Shown here: in pieces, positions 17,427-31,570 of the stretch
Layout: the number at the start of each line of letters is the position of its first letter
Numbering within the stretch: position 1 is the stretch's first letter
DNA from: the human T2T-CHM13v2.0 reference genome, Homo sapiens
NCBI RefSeq assembly: GCF_009914755.1
Contig: NC_060933.1
Strand: one strand, 5' to 3'
DNA length: 64,000 bases
Translations under genes and position numbers: made by a program
The notes under the pieces: generated by a model
Databases searched by the model: none
The model's input: the letters and a program-made list of their open reading frames with translations, nothing else
What the model was told of the DNA's origin: nothing

Positions 17427-17820
17427 TGTTATGGGCTGAATTGTGTTCCCTTATATCCCTCAAAATTCATATGTTTCAGTCCTGACCCCTAGTATCTCAG
17501 AATGTGACTGTGTTTGGAGATAGAGCCTTTAAACAGCTAATTAAGGTAAAATGAGGTCATATGGGTGATTCCCAATTCACTGGTGACTAGAGTCCTTAGA
17601 AGAGCTTAGGACAAGGAGAGGCACAGAAGGAGGACCATGTAGAGACATAGAGAGAAGATGGTCACCTACAAGCCAAGGAGAGGATCCCTCAGAAGAAACC
17701 AGCCCTGCCAACACCTTAGCCTTGGACTTCTAGTTTCCTGAACTGTGAGAAAATAGATTTCTATTGTTGAAACCACTCAGCTGTGGTACTTTGTTATAGC
17801 AGCCCTAGCAATCTAATGCA
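17427..17820 (+). mobile_element. MaLR solo LTR (MLT1B-like)
   Basis: TG...CA termini, tgttatgggctgaattgtgttccc start, TSD GTAAT/GTAGT splitting colinear L1 sequence. Confidence 0.85.
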
Positions 17821-17964
17821 GTAGTCAAGACAGTATGGTATTGGTAAAAGGATACGCACATAGATCAGTGAAACAAAATAAACCAGAAATTGACCCATAT
17901 GAGTATGTCCAACTGATTTTTTACAAAAGTGCAAAAGCAATTCAGTGGAGGAAAGACAGTCTGT

Positions 17965-18273
17965 TTTTTTTTATTTTTTCTTTTATAGACAGGGTCTCAC
18001 TGTGTCACCCAGGCTGGAGTGCTGTGGCACAATCATTGTTCACTATCACCTCGAGCTCCATGGGCTCAAGCAGTCCTCCCGCTTCAGCCTCCCAAGTAGC
18101 CAGGACTACAGGTGTATGCCACCACACCCCGCTATTATTTTATTTTATTTTGTTGTTGACACGGAGTCTCATTATGTTGCCTAGGCTGCTCTCAAACTCC
18201 TGGCCCCAAGCTGTCCTCCACCTAGGCCTCCCAAAGTGCTGAGATTGCAGGCATGAGCCTCCACACCCAGCCA
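17965..18273 (-). mobile_element. AluJ
   Basis: Diverged reverse Alu inside L1. Confidence 0.88.
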
Positions 18274-19629
18274 AGATAGACCTTTCAACAAATGGTGCTA
18301 GAGCAATTGGACATTCATAGGCAAAAACAAACTCAACTTGAATGAACCTCACACTTTGTACAAAAATGTACTTAAAATGGATCACATGCTTAAATGTAAA
18401 ATATAAAACTGTAAACCCTTTTGGGAAAAAAATAGGAGAAAATCTTCATGATCTAGGGTTATGCAAAGCATTCTTTCTTTGACTTGACACAAAAATCACA
18501 ATGTATAAAAGAAAAATGGATAAATTGGACTTCATCAAAATTAAAAATTGCTGCTCTGCAAAAGCCCACATGTAGGGGCTGAAAAGTCCAGCTACAGACT
18601 AGGAGGAAAATATTTGCAAACTGTGTATCTTGACAAAGGACTAGTACCTGGAATATATAAAGAACCTGAACACTCAGCAGTTTTTTGAAAAATTCAATTA
18701 GAAAATGGGCAAAGACATAGACAGACATTTCATTGAAGAGGATATACAGATGGCTAAGAAGCACATGAAAAAGATGTTCAACATCATTAGCCAGGGAAAT
18801 GCAAATTACAACCACATGAGATATCATTGCATACCTATTAGAATGGCTAAAATTAAAAATAATGATAACACCAAATCTGCTAGTTGTTTCTTTTATGATT
18901 TTCTTTTTTAATGTGTACTGTGCACCGTTGTTTTTACTGTGATTTTACTAAAGAGTGTCCTTAAACATTTTACAAACATTCGTAATAGGTAACACTCTTC
19001 ATAATAAAAAGGAATAACCTTGTCTGAATTTTTGGAAGACAGGTTTTTAGGTTTTTGTTTTTGCCTTTCCTCCAATTCTTTGTTGATTTACTTTGTCATT
19101 TTAATAACCCTCTTTTTATGATTTATTTTCTCTTTATTATTCCTTTGTGTTCTTCGAGTTTTCTTTAATTAGATTTATCAGTAAAGCCCTTTAGCAGCTA
19201 GTACTATTGTTCATAGTTCTCTGCAACTTTATCAGTAGGGCTTTTACAACCTAAAACTTCTAAATTCAAATTTTTTCTTCCGTTAATCTCAATAATTTGG
19301 AGGATGTTTTCTAGTGAATTTTGCAGGAAAGTTAATTGAGTGGCCAATGTTCTGAAAATGCTATACTACCAAATGTCTTTCAGATGACTTAGAAGATGAC
19401 AGTCTCATAGTTGGAGAGTGGAAGAGTTTGCTTTGGAGCCCAAACTGGGCAACCGTCTAATCCAGCCAGATCCTGCTTAGCAGAAAAAGCAAATTTCTGG
19501 CATGTGACCTCATAAACAAGGGAAAAGCTCTCCTTTTAGGATGATGTCTTCTCTTACCATCTATTTCCCCATGTCTTAGTGGAAGGAGCCATCTTTTTCC
19601 CCATGTCTTAGTGGAAGACCAGAGAATTA

Positions 19630-19785
19630 TCTAGAGCATGGTGTGATGCTGCAAATGATGTATCTGTAGCCACTAGCCACATGACTACTGAATATTTGAA
19701 ATGTGGCAAGTGTAACTGAATAACTAAATATTTACTCTAATTTTAATTAATTTAAAACTAGTAGCTAGCATATTGCAGATCTATA
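19630..19785. mobile_element. MER3/MER33-like hAT MITE
   Basis: gtagccactagccacatgactactgaatatttgaaatgtggcaagtgtaactgaataactaaat. Confidence 0.6.
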
Positions 19786-22700
19786 GGGTTTTATGGGATC
19801 AGCAAGGGTTTTGGATTTGTCGACTGGAATCCAGAGCCCTCCACAGCCTAGTTCGGTGATCTTGGGCTAGCTATTCAACTTCTGAGTTCTGAATTTTTTT
19901 TCAACTAATGGGGCTAAATTAATACCTACCTTTAAAGGTTATTAAAAGAATTGTAAGAAATTGTAAGAAATCTGCAGTGTCTGGCACACTGCTCAGTACA
20001 TGGTAGATGTACAGTACATGGTAGATGGTCAGTGAATGATAACTATTGTTAATATTATGTTCACATGGTTTTACATCTGCCTTTGGCATAAATCCTATCA
20101 GCTTGTATTTTCCTGATAATCTCATGTCACAATTTTTCTGTAAGATTGGTATTTCAGATCCCTCCTGGGTAGAGGCCCTATCCTGAGCACTGGTGTTAAG
20201 AAGCGACCCTGGCCTCAAGAGCACAGGTACAAGGCCTGTTCTTTGGGGAGAGAGTATGTGGGGTTAAAACATAACACTTAATGGAATTGAGTCTCAAGGA
20301 CCAGGCTTAGGCAAAGAGACAAAAGTCCTAGACTTTGTAGATGGCTGTCTGAGCACCCGAGTCTAGAAAAAGCTCCAGGAAGGAGGACAGGGACTGGGTA
20401 ATGAGGTTCAGCTGAGTCTTAGGACTTGTAGAACAGAAAATTTGAATAAATGAAGAAAGAAAACATTTCTGAGTAAGAGGAGTCAGTAAATTCACAGAAT
20501 AGGCTTTATGGGACAGTGAATAAGACCATCTGCCATATGGATAAATAGTGAAAGATACAACTGGAAAAGTGGGCAAGGAACAGACTGCAGGAAATGAGGG
20601 GACTGAATATTCTGCTATGAAGTTTGGATATGAGAGAGAAAAGTTTTGAATAGGAGCATCATGCCTTCAATAAACACTTCTGGCCTGGTTACTACTCACC
20701 GGATCTGTCCTAAGGGTGAGGTTCGACAAACATTCAGGAAACCCCTTCAAGGATAGAGCAGGGATTTAGGAGAATTCAGATTCACCGAGACTGATCCTAG
20801 AGACCCTAGAACCCTGATAGTTGCAGGGACAGAGGATAGAAACTTAGCCAGATGGGCATAGGACCCTAGTGGTTTAAGTAAGGTCACTCCTAGGAATTAT
20901 CAGTCAGTGCTAGACATGGGCACAAGCAGTCCAGAGTCAGGAAGCGCTTGAGACCAAGTGAGCAGGGGACAGTTTGGTGATGGTCTGGGAAGTGGAGCTC
21001 AAGAGCAGCATTGCAAGCCACAGAAAGGGAGTGTGATAGGACAAGGCAGGGTCTTATCCAGAGGGTTCCAGGGAATTAGAATAGGCCTTTGAGAGCCATG
21101 ACAAAAGCTCATTTTGATGAATTGGGCCAGGAGAGCCAGTGAGATTCTAGGCTGTGGAGAAGACATGAAGGCAATTTTTGGAAGACAGCAGAGGAATGGA
21201 GACCAATGGTCAGTGCTAGACCTGGGCACCACAATACAGGCAATGTGAGGGATGTGGGAAAGAGGCTGGAGCCATTTCTATACCTGTCGCTTCAGTTAGA
21301 AACTAGGACAGGATAGACTTTTCACATGATGATGCCACAGGGCATAACTGAAAGCTAGGGAGAACAGAAGCCAGGAAGGGAGATAAGCTTAGTGAGGATT
21401 TTAAATTCTGGGTCTTAACTTAGTCCTCATCTCCCTATTTGCTGTTCACCTCTGGAGACTATGGGCTCCAAGGCGTAAAAAGTAATTGCTCTAGTTGTAC
21501 TAGGAGAGTAGTTTGTGCTAACAACTGACCTTCTACCCTACATTTACCTCTACGAGAAGGCTTGGGACTCCAGTGGCTTTCTGGACCATAATAAAAACAA
21601 GGCCATTTTGTCTTCACTCTTCCTCGTTTCCACCCAGACAGATTCTGCTGCCTGGATAAGACAGCTCAGGCAGGGACCGCTGGCTGACGAGGCCTGGGCA
21701 AGCCTATAATCCCAGCAGAGAGCACAGGGACAATGAGTGGGAGGGGAGCCAGTCACAGGTTGTATCTTATTAAACCAGTCTGCATCAGCTACAGTGTACG
21801 TCTCAGAAACAGATCTGAAACCCCAGCTGGTAACCTAGTTAGTTCAGGCAGCGTGTAAAGAAACCATATCCCCGCCAGCTAAAAAGATGCATGTGCTCCT
21901 GGGTAGTGCAGAAGTATCTGTTATGAAAAGCAAAGGTAACAACAGTTGTGGGAAATTAAGGTTTCCTCTGTGTGTTTTTTTATTGGTTGCATTTGAGGTG
22001 ACATCCTCTAATCTTCCTAAGCACAGTGGGGCCTCCTGGAAACATCTGCTGGATTTGAGGAGTAAGGGGATGCTTCCCTCATCCTCCGGGTGTGTGTATT
22101 TGGTATGGGATTTGTCAGGCTGGGTAGCTGAGGGCTCTGGGCAGCTTGACCTGGCAGATTTCCCCCACTTGCCTGAAAAGCAGCCTAGGGGGCAGAGGCC
22201 CCTCCCCAGCTCAGCCCTGCACCTTCACTCTAAGCGCCTGGAGCTGGGGCCTTTTATTTCAAGTCTGGTCCCCAGGGAGCAGAGTGGGAAATGAGGACAG
22301 CTGATAAGCCTGACAGTATTGACTTTATGGGGAGTATTCAATGAATTTACTTTCTGCAAGTAGGCTGCACTCTTATCTGCTGCCCACAGAGCATCTAAAT
22401 CCTCATCTAGGAGACCCATCGATGAGTCACGTCCCTTACACAAAGACCAGAGAATAAAGAAGGAAAGGGGAATTCCATCCACCCCTTTCTTTTCTCCAGT
22501 ACCTGGTCCTGCCCACCCCAACACCTCCCCTCGCTTTCCCCACTGCGTTTGGGTTTATTGGCTGAAAACAGAAGCACTCGCAGCTCCAGGCCTACGGAGT
22601 CAAGGCCAAGCCAGCCTGGTCTTGAGAGGTCGACAGCTGGGCACACCCAGGGCTGTATGTCCCTCTAACTGGTAACTATGGGAAGCTCACTTGAAGTAGT

Positions 22701-23184
22701 TGTGTGCACCGCTTTATGCTGCAACAGTCAACATTTGCTCTGGACAGAAATACCCTCACGGCTTTAACGCCAGGTGTCTTGGAGATAAAATGTGGGTGTG
22801 TGGGCGTTACCAAGGGGTCCTGGGTCTGGGGTGCTGGAGAGTGGAAGTTACATGTAAGAGAAAGGCCTGATGCGCAAGAGAAGTTTTTCTTTCCCCTCTG
22901 GCTTCTCCCTCATCCAGTCCTGGGCTCTGTTTCAAATATTAGAAAAAAATAAAAGCTTCTTAGCAGCACAGAAAGTAAGTAACTTGAAGGAGAGAGGTGG
23001 GAGCCAGAATGCTGGATTGGGCAGATGAAAGGAAAAAACTGAAAGTGCCCTTTGGCAGAAATTAGAGTCATGTGTTTAGGTTCACCATCTAGCTTTTAGA
23101 CAGAGTTTTTTGGTAGTAAAAATAAAATGAAATCTCTGTATTGAGTAACTTTGGTTTCATTAGATGACTTAGCACCATTTTTTA

Positions 23185-23410
23185 GTATTTATTCCAAAGC
23201 ACTAACTTTTTATACATTAGCTCACTGAATCTTCACAATAACCCATGAGATGATATTTCTGAGTTATAGCTGAGAAAACTGAGTCTGGGATAAGTTAAGT
23301 AACTTGCTCAGGATGACAACTATAATAGCATCAAAGCAAGGATGCAAACACCAGCCAGTCTGCCTCCAAAGCCAAGTCAAAGGTCTTCTCTTAGCTGCCA
23401 CACTAAACTG
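23185..23410 (-). mobile_element. MIR (representative; similar remnants near 14.0-14.2, 19.8-20.0, 29.1-29.3, 35.4-35.6, 41.0, 43.8-44.0 and 59.4-60.3 kb)
   Basis: Core gagaaaactgagtctgggataagttaagtaacttgctcaggatgaca. Confidence 0.65.
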
Positions 23411-24257
23411 CCTGCTATTTGGCATTTTTCAATATCTTATCTCAGTCCATGGCCAATCAATGAGTATTTATTATTCCCACGTTATTGGAAACAGGCTTAG
23501 CAGGATACCACTACCTGTCCAGGGCCACAAAACCAGTGTATATCAGAGACTCTGGTCCACAGAGTCTAGCATCTCTCCTAAAGGTCTCGCCCTGCTGGTG
23601 CATTGCCCACTGCTCAGGCAGAGATGTGGGCCACATCAGTGCGTTTCTCCCTTCCAGGTGCCCTGGTTTCCTGTGTCACCTGCTTTCACCTGCTGCTACT
23701 TGCTTGATAATTTTCTTAGTTGAGGGAGGTTGGAATGAGGGAGGCAGGAAGAGCCTGGGAGGATGTGAGCTGTTCACTAAGTTGCTCTGTGGGCCCTGTG
23801 AATGGAGTAGTATGAACATCCATGAGAATCTGCAGCTTCTGCAGGCTCTGGAAAGATGCCTGTCTAAAAACCGCTAGTAAAACTGAGTCAGCCATATGCT
23901 TGTTTCTTTAAGTATATGTTTTAGTATTTGACTTCTTTGGGAGAAATACATTTTTTGTTTAGGATAACTTGTTATGTAACTTTATAATTAATATTTATAA
24001 TTGTTCATATTGAATAAGAAAACCTTGGTGAAATGCCTAGCATGACACTTGGCACTTAAGGTTGAATAATTGGGGCAGAGGATTAAGTTCCTGGGCCAGA
24101 GTTGATGCTTAATGTCAACCCCTCCTCAGGTCAAGCCATCATCTCCTCTTGCCTGCATTGCTTTCACGGCATCCTAACTAGTCCCCCCACCCCACCTCTT
24201 CTCTTGCCCCTCTCCATGTAGCAGACAGAATATTCTCTCCTTCTTAAAAAACAACCA

Positions 24258-24732
<475 letters not shown>

Positions 24733-24829
24733 CTAGTGATGAAGGAAACTAAGTCTTTGTCCTCATGAAGTTTATAATGTAGCAAGTAAACTAGAATGAG
24801 ATTTGTTTTGCAGAATTCAACATGAAGGT

Positions 24830-26035
24830 GGGGTCTCCTTTAAAGAAAAAAAAGAGAGAGTTAAAATAATTGAAATTTATCAAAAAGAGTTTCTTATGAC
24901 CAAGAGTCACTCCCACGCACCCCAAATTAAGTATAAAGAATGGGCACAGTTTACTTTGGAAAATGCAAATTTAAAAGCAGGGGTTGTAATATTAATATAA
25001 TAAAATGAAATTCATGGTAAAAAGCAAGATTTTTATATTGATATAGGCTACAATCCTCTAAGTCAATAAAAAAACTTCCTTGAGTCTTTATGCTTCAAAA
25101 GCAATGCAGCAAAAAATGTAAAGATCTAAAGCAAACACTCCCGGAAAAACAAAAAGAACAGAAACAAAATAGTAAAGGGAGATTTTCACACAGTGCTCTC
25201 TTGAATAGATCAAATAGACAAAAACTTCCAAGAATACAGATTTATTTAATGGATGTGTAAAAAGACATTTTACCATTCAAACAGAGAATATACCTCCTTT
25301 TCTAGTACCTGTGAAACATTTATAAAAGTTGAATATATGTTTTATCAAAGAGAAAATTCTCAATAAATATCCCAAAGCAAAAAACATACAGGGCATATAT
25401 TTCACTATACTGCAATAAAATTAGAAACTAATAGCAAATGGTTGCCAAAAAAATACAACAACAAGAAAATTTAAAAACACTTTATAAAAGAAAAATAAGC
25501 AACAGACATTAGAAACCAATGACAATGATACTACAAATGGAAACAGGATATCCCCAAAGGTCTATCAGAAGAAAGTTCACAGCCCGGAGTGCTTTTCTTA
25601 CTAAACAAGAAAGAGTAAAAATAATTAAGCATTCAATCCAAGAGTGATAGAGTGGAGAGGAAATAAACGTAAACAAAAGAACAGATTTAATAAAGATATA
25701 GTAGAAAGTGTATTTGAAAATAATAAAAATGATAAGCGAATCCCAGAGCTAGTTTTTTAGGAGCAATAAAATGAACAGACTTTTGCAACACTGATCAAGA
25801 AGAGAGAGAGAGAAATCATAAACACATAACATGAGGCATGAGAAAGGGGATTAAAAAAATAGAGATGTTAAAAAGTAACTGAATAACTGTATATAACACT
25901 CTACTAATGAATCTGAAAAGGTCCAAATTTATATGTCAAAGTACCAACATTAAGGAGAGAGAGAACAGGGGAAGGAACAAAACCTACCTAGAAGGATTTA
26001 CTAGTAAATTGTATTAAATATCAAGAACCAGCTAA
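24830..26035 (+). mobile_element. Ancient L1M ORF2 (endonuclease-side) fragment
   Basis: A-rich degenerate L1 sequence (acagagaatatacctccttttctagtacc, tgcaataaaattagaaactaata). Confidence 0.6.
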
Positions 26036-26283
26036 CTCATCTGTTTAATAAATTAATGGTGGATGGAAAAAGTGATGAATAAATGACTGGATAAATGGAG
26101 AGATGGATGGATGAATAGGGGCCTCGATACATAGAATTGGAGATTGGTAAAGGGGCTAAGGATGGAGGAGGGAAGAAGAGAGTTTTAAGAGTGGCTAAGG
26201 CTGATGCTTGACCTCCAGCCAAAACAATCTTGGCCCACACCCACTTGGCCTGGCAGAAATCCCTTCCAAAAGTCCCAGGTTTG

Positions 26284-26428
26284 GGCCCTGGCGGTGGCTG
26301 ACTCCTGTAATCCCAACACTTTGGGAAGCCAAGTCCGGAGGATTGTTTGACCCCAAGAGTTCAAGATCAGCTTGGGCAAGATGGCGAGATCCCGTCTCTA
26401 CTTTTATGAATAAAATAAAAAACAAAAA
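26284..26428 (+). mobile_element. Alu monomer (FLAM-like)
   Basis: Left-arm sequence; flanking repeat aaa(g/a)tcccaggtttgg. Confidence 0.8.
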
Positions 26429-27264
26429 TCCCAGGTTTGGTCTTTCCTGAAACTGACAACCCCTGCATACAGGACTAGAAGGCCAGTATTCACAGGCTAA
26501 TCCAGACAGATCAATTAAACCAGGAGAACCAGAAAGCCTGACAGTGCCCAAGCTCTCCTAGTGACCTGCCCTTCCCTCCCCAGCCCTCTGTTTCCTCCCC
26601 AGGAGCTCGCAGGTGCAGTCTCTCCAGGGGGCAGTGAGAGCCATGAATAGTAAGGGTTTTAGCTCAAGCACACAGAGGCGTTTAGCTGCCCAAATCTAAT
26701 CCCCCAATAATCGGCTTATGTAAATTCCTACTTCAACCCCTTCCCCTGCAGGTCCTAGCCCCAAAATTCTCTACATTGGGAGACTGGCATGGGAGAAGAC
26801 CCATCACTCTGAAGGATCACTGCTAGTGAAATGATGCGCCAAAAATTGTTTCCCCTGCTTCTGAAAGTATAAAACCAACAATAACATTTAAGAATGTTTT
26901 GAAAAGAAAAAACCATCAACCCTGGTCCCAGGATGTCAACACAATCGGGCTCCTTTCTCTGTAGCCCTTGTCCTTTCTCTGAGTCCTTGTCCACTCGCAC
27001 ACAGATCCTATTTGACAGCTTATTGTTTCGTTTAGCATCATCCATTTCCAATCTTGCTACCCTGTTACCACAATTCTTTTTCTCAGCTGTAAAATATGCC
27101 ATTCAAAAAAATATATCACCTTACAGTTTTTGGCTGAGGTGAAGATTAATACAGGTTATTGCTTCAAAATGTAACATTTGCTGTATTATAATTGCCATAT
27201 GGGGAAAACAGAGGAGCAGAAAGAGGAGCAAATCAGAGAAGCTTACTGCAAATATTAGTTTTTG

Positions 27265-27555
<291 letters not shown>

Positions 27556-28439
27556 TTAGGTTATGTTTCTAAAGATCCCTTTTTACCAACTAATTTTCCC
27601 CAATCCACCCTCCAATCTCTCCTCTATACTGCCACCAGAATGAGTCTTGCGACCTGTGACTAAACATACTATTCCCATGTTCAAAGCACACAGTTGTATT
27701 TGTCTGGGCTGCCCTCTCCTCCACCCTTGCACTTGTATTATAATTCCTACCCAGTCTTTACCACCCTTCCACCAGGCACCCAGCAGTCAGAGCCCCTCCC
27801 CTGGACACTGTGCTTTTAGATGGCCCCTCTCTGGCCCTCCTCCAGTGCTCACCCAACTCCTATGTCCCACCTTCTAGAACATATTCTGGGAACCTGGGAC
27901 CCCTGAATTTCTGTTCAAATGACCATGAACCCTTTTCCAGGGCCTGGATAGGGCCATTCCCTAGGTCCATGTGGGCTGGGAGTTCGCATCATTTTCACAA
28001 GGCCCTTCACAGAAAAAGACAGAGCTAGCGGGTGGGAAAAGAATGGGGACGGGGATGGAGTCTCCATTTGTACCCTTATCATGGCCCCCACAAATGTCAG
28101 AGCCACCCTTGCTTCAAGGCCTAGTTTAAATGCCATCTGTCCCATGGGTAACCTCTGATCCCCCAGCTAGAATCTTCTACCTTTCTGTCCCTAACTCTAA
28201 TTTCACACTCTCTCGCATTCAGGACTGTCTGTCTTATATTAGTCATGTTGTCATGTCTTCTCCCTTCCAATAGCTGTTAGTGCCTTGAAAATAGATACAG
28301 AGCTTTCCTCACCTTCATGCCTACCTCCCCATCCTACCCCACTCCCCTCCTACCACCATAACCTAGCAATTTATGCAACACCTTTTAAATTTATAATAAA
28401 ACTGTATTGTTTGTTTTGGAGGTGGGTAAGGTGGGTGGC

Positions 28440-29105
<666 letters not shown>

Positions 29106-29399
29106 ATAAAATTTACAATATACCGACTATGTGCTAGGCATACTGCTAAATGCTTTACCTACTTTTTTCTCATTTAGTCCTGACAATTCTGTCATTGTCC
29201 CCATTTTACAGATAGGGACTAAGGCAAGCATAAATTCTATAATTTGCCTAGGATCACATAAGTGAATAGACAAGGAATTTCCACCTGGGTAATGTAACTC
29301 CAGAGCCCTTTGCTCTTATCCACTAAGCTGCAATTTGTTTGTGAATTTATTGTGCCAGGTCCTATACCAGATCTTTCAGAGAGAGTGGTACCTGGGAAT

Positions 29400-29546
29400 T
29401 CATTACTTATTCATTCATTAATCAACATCTGATGAACACCTGTTCACTGGGAGTAGATGGGGTAGGGAAGAGGCAGAGAAGATAAATAAGTAAATAATAC
29501 TCAAGTGGGGATGAGTGTTAAGAATAAAGCAAACAGAAGGATGAAG

Positions 29547-29598
<52 letters not shown>

Positions 29599-30335
29599 CA
29601 ATTGTAGTTTTTTTTTTTTTAAGAGACAAGGTTTCACTGTGTTGACCAGGCTGGAGTGTTGTGGCTATTCACAGGTGCGATCATAGTGCACTGCAGCCTC
29701 AGACTCCTGGCCTCAAGCTATCCTCTTGCCTCAGCCTCTGGAGTAGGTGAGATTACAGGCTCACTACCACGCCAGACAGATGGTGCAATTTTAGATATTG
29801 TGGTCACAGACTTCACTGAGAAGGTGCCATTTGAGTAAAGACCTAAAGAATGTCAGCTCCTTGAGGGCAAGGACTTGTATCTGTTTTGTTTGAAGTTGTG
29901 TCCCCAGCAACTAGAACAGGGCCTGGCTCATTGTAAGCTCTCAGTAATAATGTGTTGAACGAATGAAAGGAGGTTAGGGAGGGAATCGTGGATAACTTGG
30001 GGGAAGAGTGTTTAAGGCAGAGGAAACAGTCAGTGAAAAGGCTCTGAGGAAGGAGAGTATCTGGTGAGTTCCTGAAACAACAAAGAGACCAGAGTGGCTA
30101 GAGCTGAGTGAGCCCCAGGAAGAGAAGAGACAGACAGCTCAGAGGGATAGAAGGTATCTCTGGGCCCATTTTAAAGGCTTCAGCTTAACTCAGTGAAATG
30201 GAGAGCCACTGAGGGGTTTTGAGCAGAGAAGTGACCAGAATCTGACTTGTGTTTTCATAGCATCATTCTGGATGATGTTGGAGAACAGACAGAAGGAGGC
30301 AAGTCCAGAAGCAGGAAGACCAATTAGGAGTCCCT
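29400..30335. mobile_element. L2 remnant(s) interrupted by (TG)n and an Alu fragment
   Basis: cattcatt repeats; gagaaggtgccatttgagtaaagacct; ggagccactgaggggttttgagcagagaagtgac. Confidence 0.65.
29551..29596 (+). repeat. (TG)23 microsatellite
   Basis: Read directly from the sequence. Confidence 0.97.
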
Positions 30336-30679
30336 TCCCTCACTGAAATAACCAATATTAGTGCTGGGCATTGTGGAAACTGAAATGGATAAATTCGGGA
30401 ACCTGCCCAGTACAGTGAATGTTAAATTCTGCTGTGCATCTTAATCTCCTGAAATACTTAGGTTTTAAAAATGCAGATTTCAGACCACACCCCCCATCCT
30501 GAAAAATCCTAGTTTCCTGGGTCTGGGTTGTGGGTGTTGGGATCCTCCTTCCCCACCTGTGATTCTGAAGCAAGTTGTTGCTGAACTCCAGGTGGAGGCT
30601 CACTGGGGCTTAATAAACATCTGATGAATTAACAACGGATACGGACTTTCCCAGGGTTGAATGTGTTGGAGAAGGAGGT

Positions 30680-31570
30680 TGGTAAGCGGCTCCCCCAGCC
30701 CAGGTGGGTGGCAGGACCCCCTTACCGCCCCCAAGTATCACACGAGGCGGGGCTCTCCTTCCTCCCTTGCTCCCTTTCCAGGGCACAAGAGAGAGTTGGT
30801 CTCCGGAAGCCAGGGCGCGGAGAGTGGGGAGGAAACGGTGGGAGTCCCCGTCGGGAAGGGGCCCCCGGGCCCCGCGAGACAAAGGGCGGTGTCCTATAAA
30901 GGCGGCGGCGGCGGCGGCGCGGTGTCCAGGCGAGGGCGCACACGGCCGGCGAGGGCGACGGCTACGGCGACGACGCGGGCTCTTTGCGAGGAGGTGCGTG
31001 GACTCCGGGGGGACATGGGCGCAACCAGGGCCGGGCTCGTGGGCCTGCGGGTCTCTCGCTGAGCCATACTCACCCGGGAGAGCAGGAATGCGGCGGAGAC
31101 TTGGTAGCGGCCACCGAGCCAATTCGGTGGGAAGACCGGGGGACTTTCCGCGGGGCAGGGGCGGTGGCTCAGCTCCGGGGGTGCTAGGCCGACTCTCTAG
31201 CGTGTTGGCGGGCCCGCGTCGCTTTTATGCGTGATGCCGGGGACCCCCTTGTACCGCTCTCGGCGGCGCATCTCCCAGAGCCCTTCAAGGAGCTCGCGCG
31301 TCCCCGAGCGACTCCCGGACACCTGGCAGATTCGAAACTTCAGCCACTAGATGCTTTCCTGGACTCCCTAAATACTTAATCATTAGGCAAGGCAATGGTT
31401 TGCAAGGGGGAGCAAAAGTTATAAAAAGAAAAAGGGAAAGGCCTGGAAGCGAAGCGGGCAAGGGAAGAAGCTTGGGCAGAGTATTCGAGATGCGTCCAGG
31501 CTGCACGGTGCAGGGGTCGGGTGCATCTTAGAACAGGTGGCTCCCCCAGCGTGAGGCTACTGTGAACGGC
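30680..31570. promoter_or_regulatory. TAL2: CpG island; probable TAL2 upstream promoter and non-coding exon 1
   Basis: The only CpG-dense, very GC-rich segment in the window. GC box GGGCGG 30884-30889, TATAAA 30895-30900, donor GAG|GTGCGT at 30993/30994. Confidence 0.75.
30901..30918 (+). repeat. (GGC)6 trinucleotide repeat
   Basis: Six GGC units directly after TATAAA. Confidence 0.95.

Larger units (their letters stand above)
16215..18880 (+). mobile_element. Old L1M ORF2 remnant, interrupted by a non-L1 segment, an MLT1 LTR and an AluJ
   Basis: Degenerate ORF2 peptides (IPCSWIG, INRFNAIPIKI, DRHFIEEDIQMAKKHMKK). Confidence 0.85.

Noticed and set aside
30610-31506. Overlapping 70-176 aa ORFs in the CpG island as standalone proteins
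   Set aside because: Stop codons are scarce in GC-rich DNA, and the peptides are low-complexity R/G/P/A with no recognisable domain.
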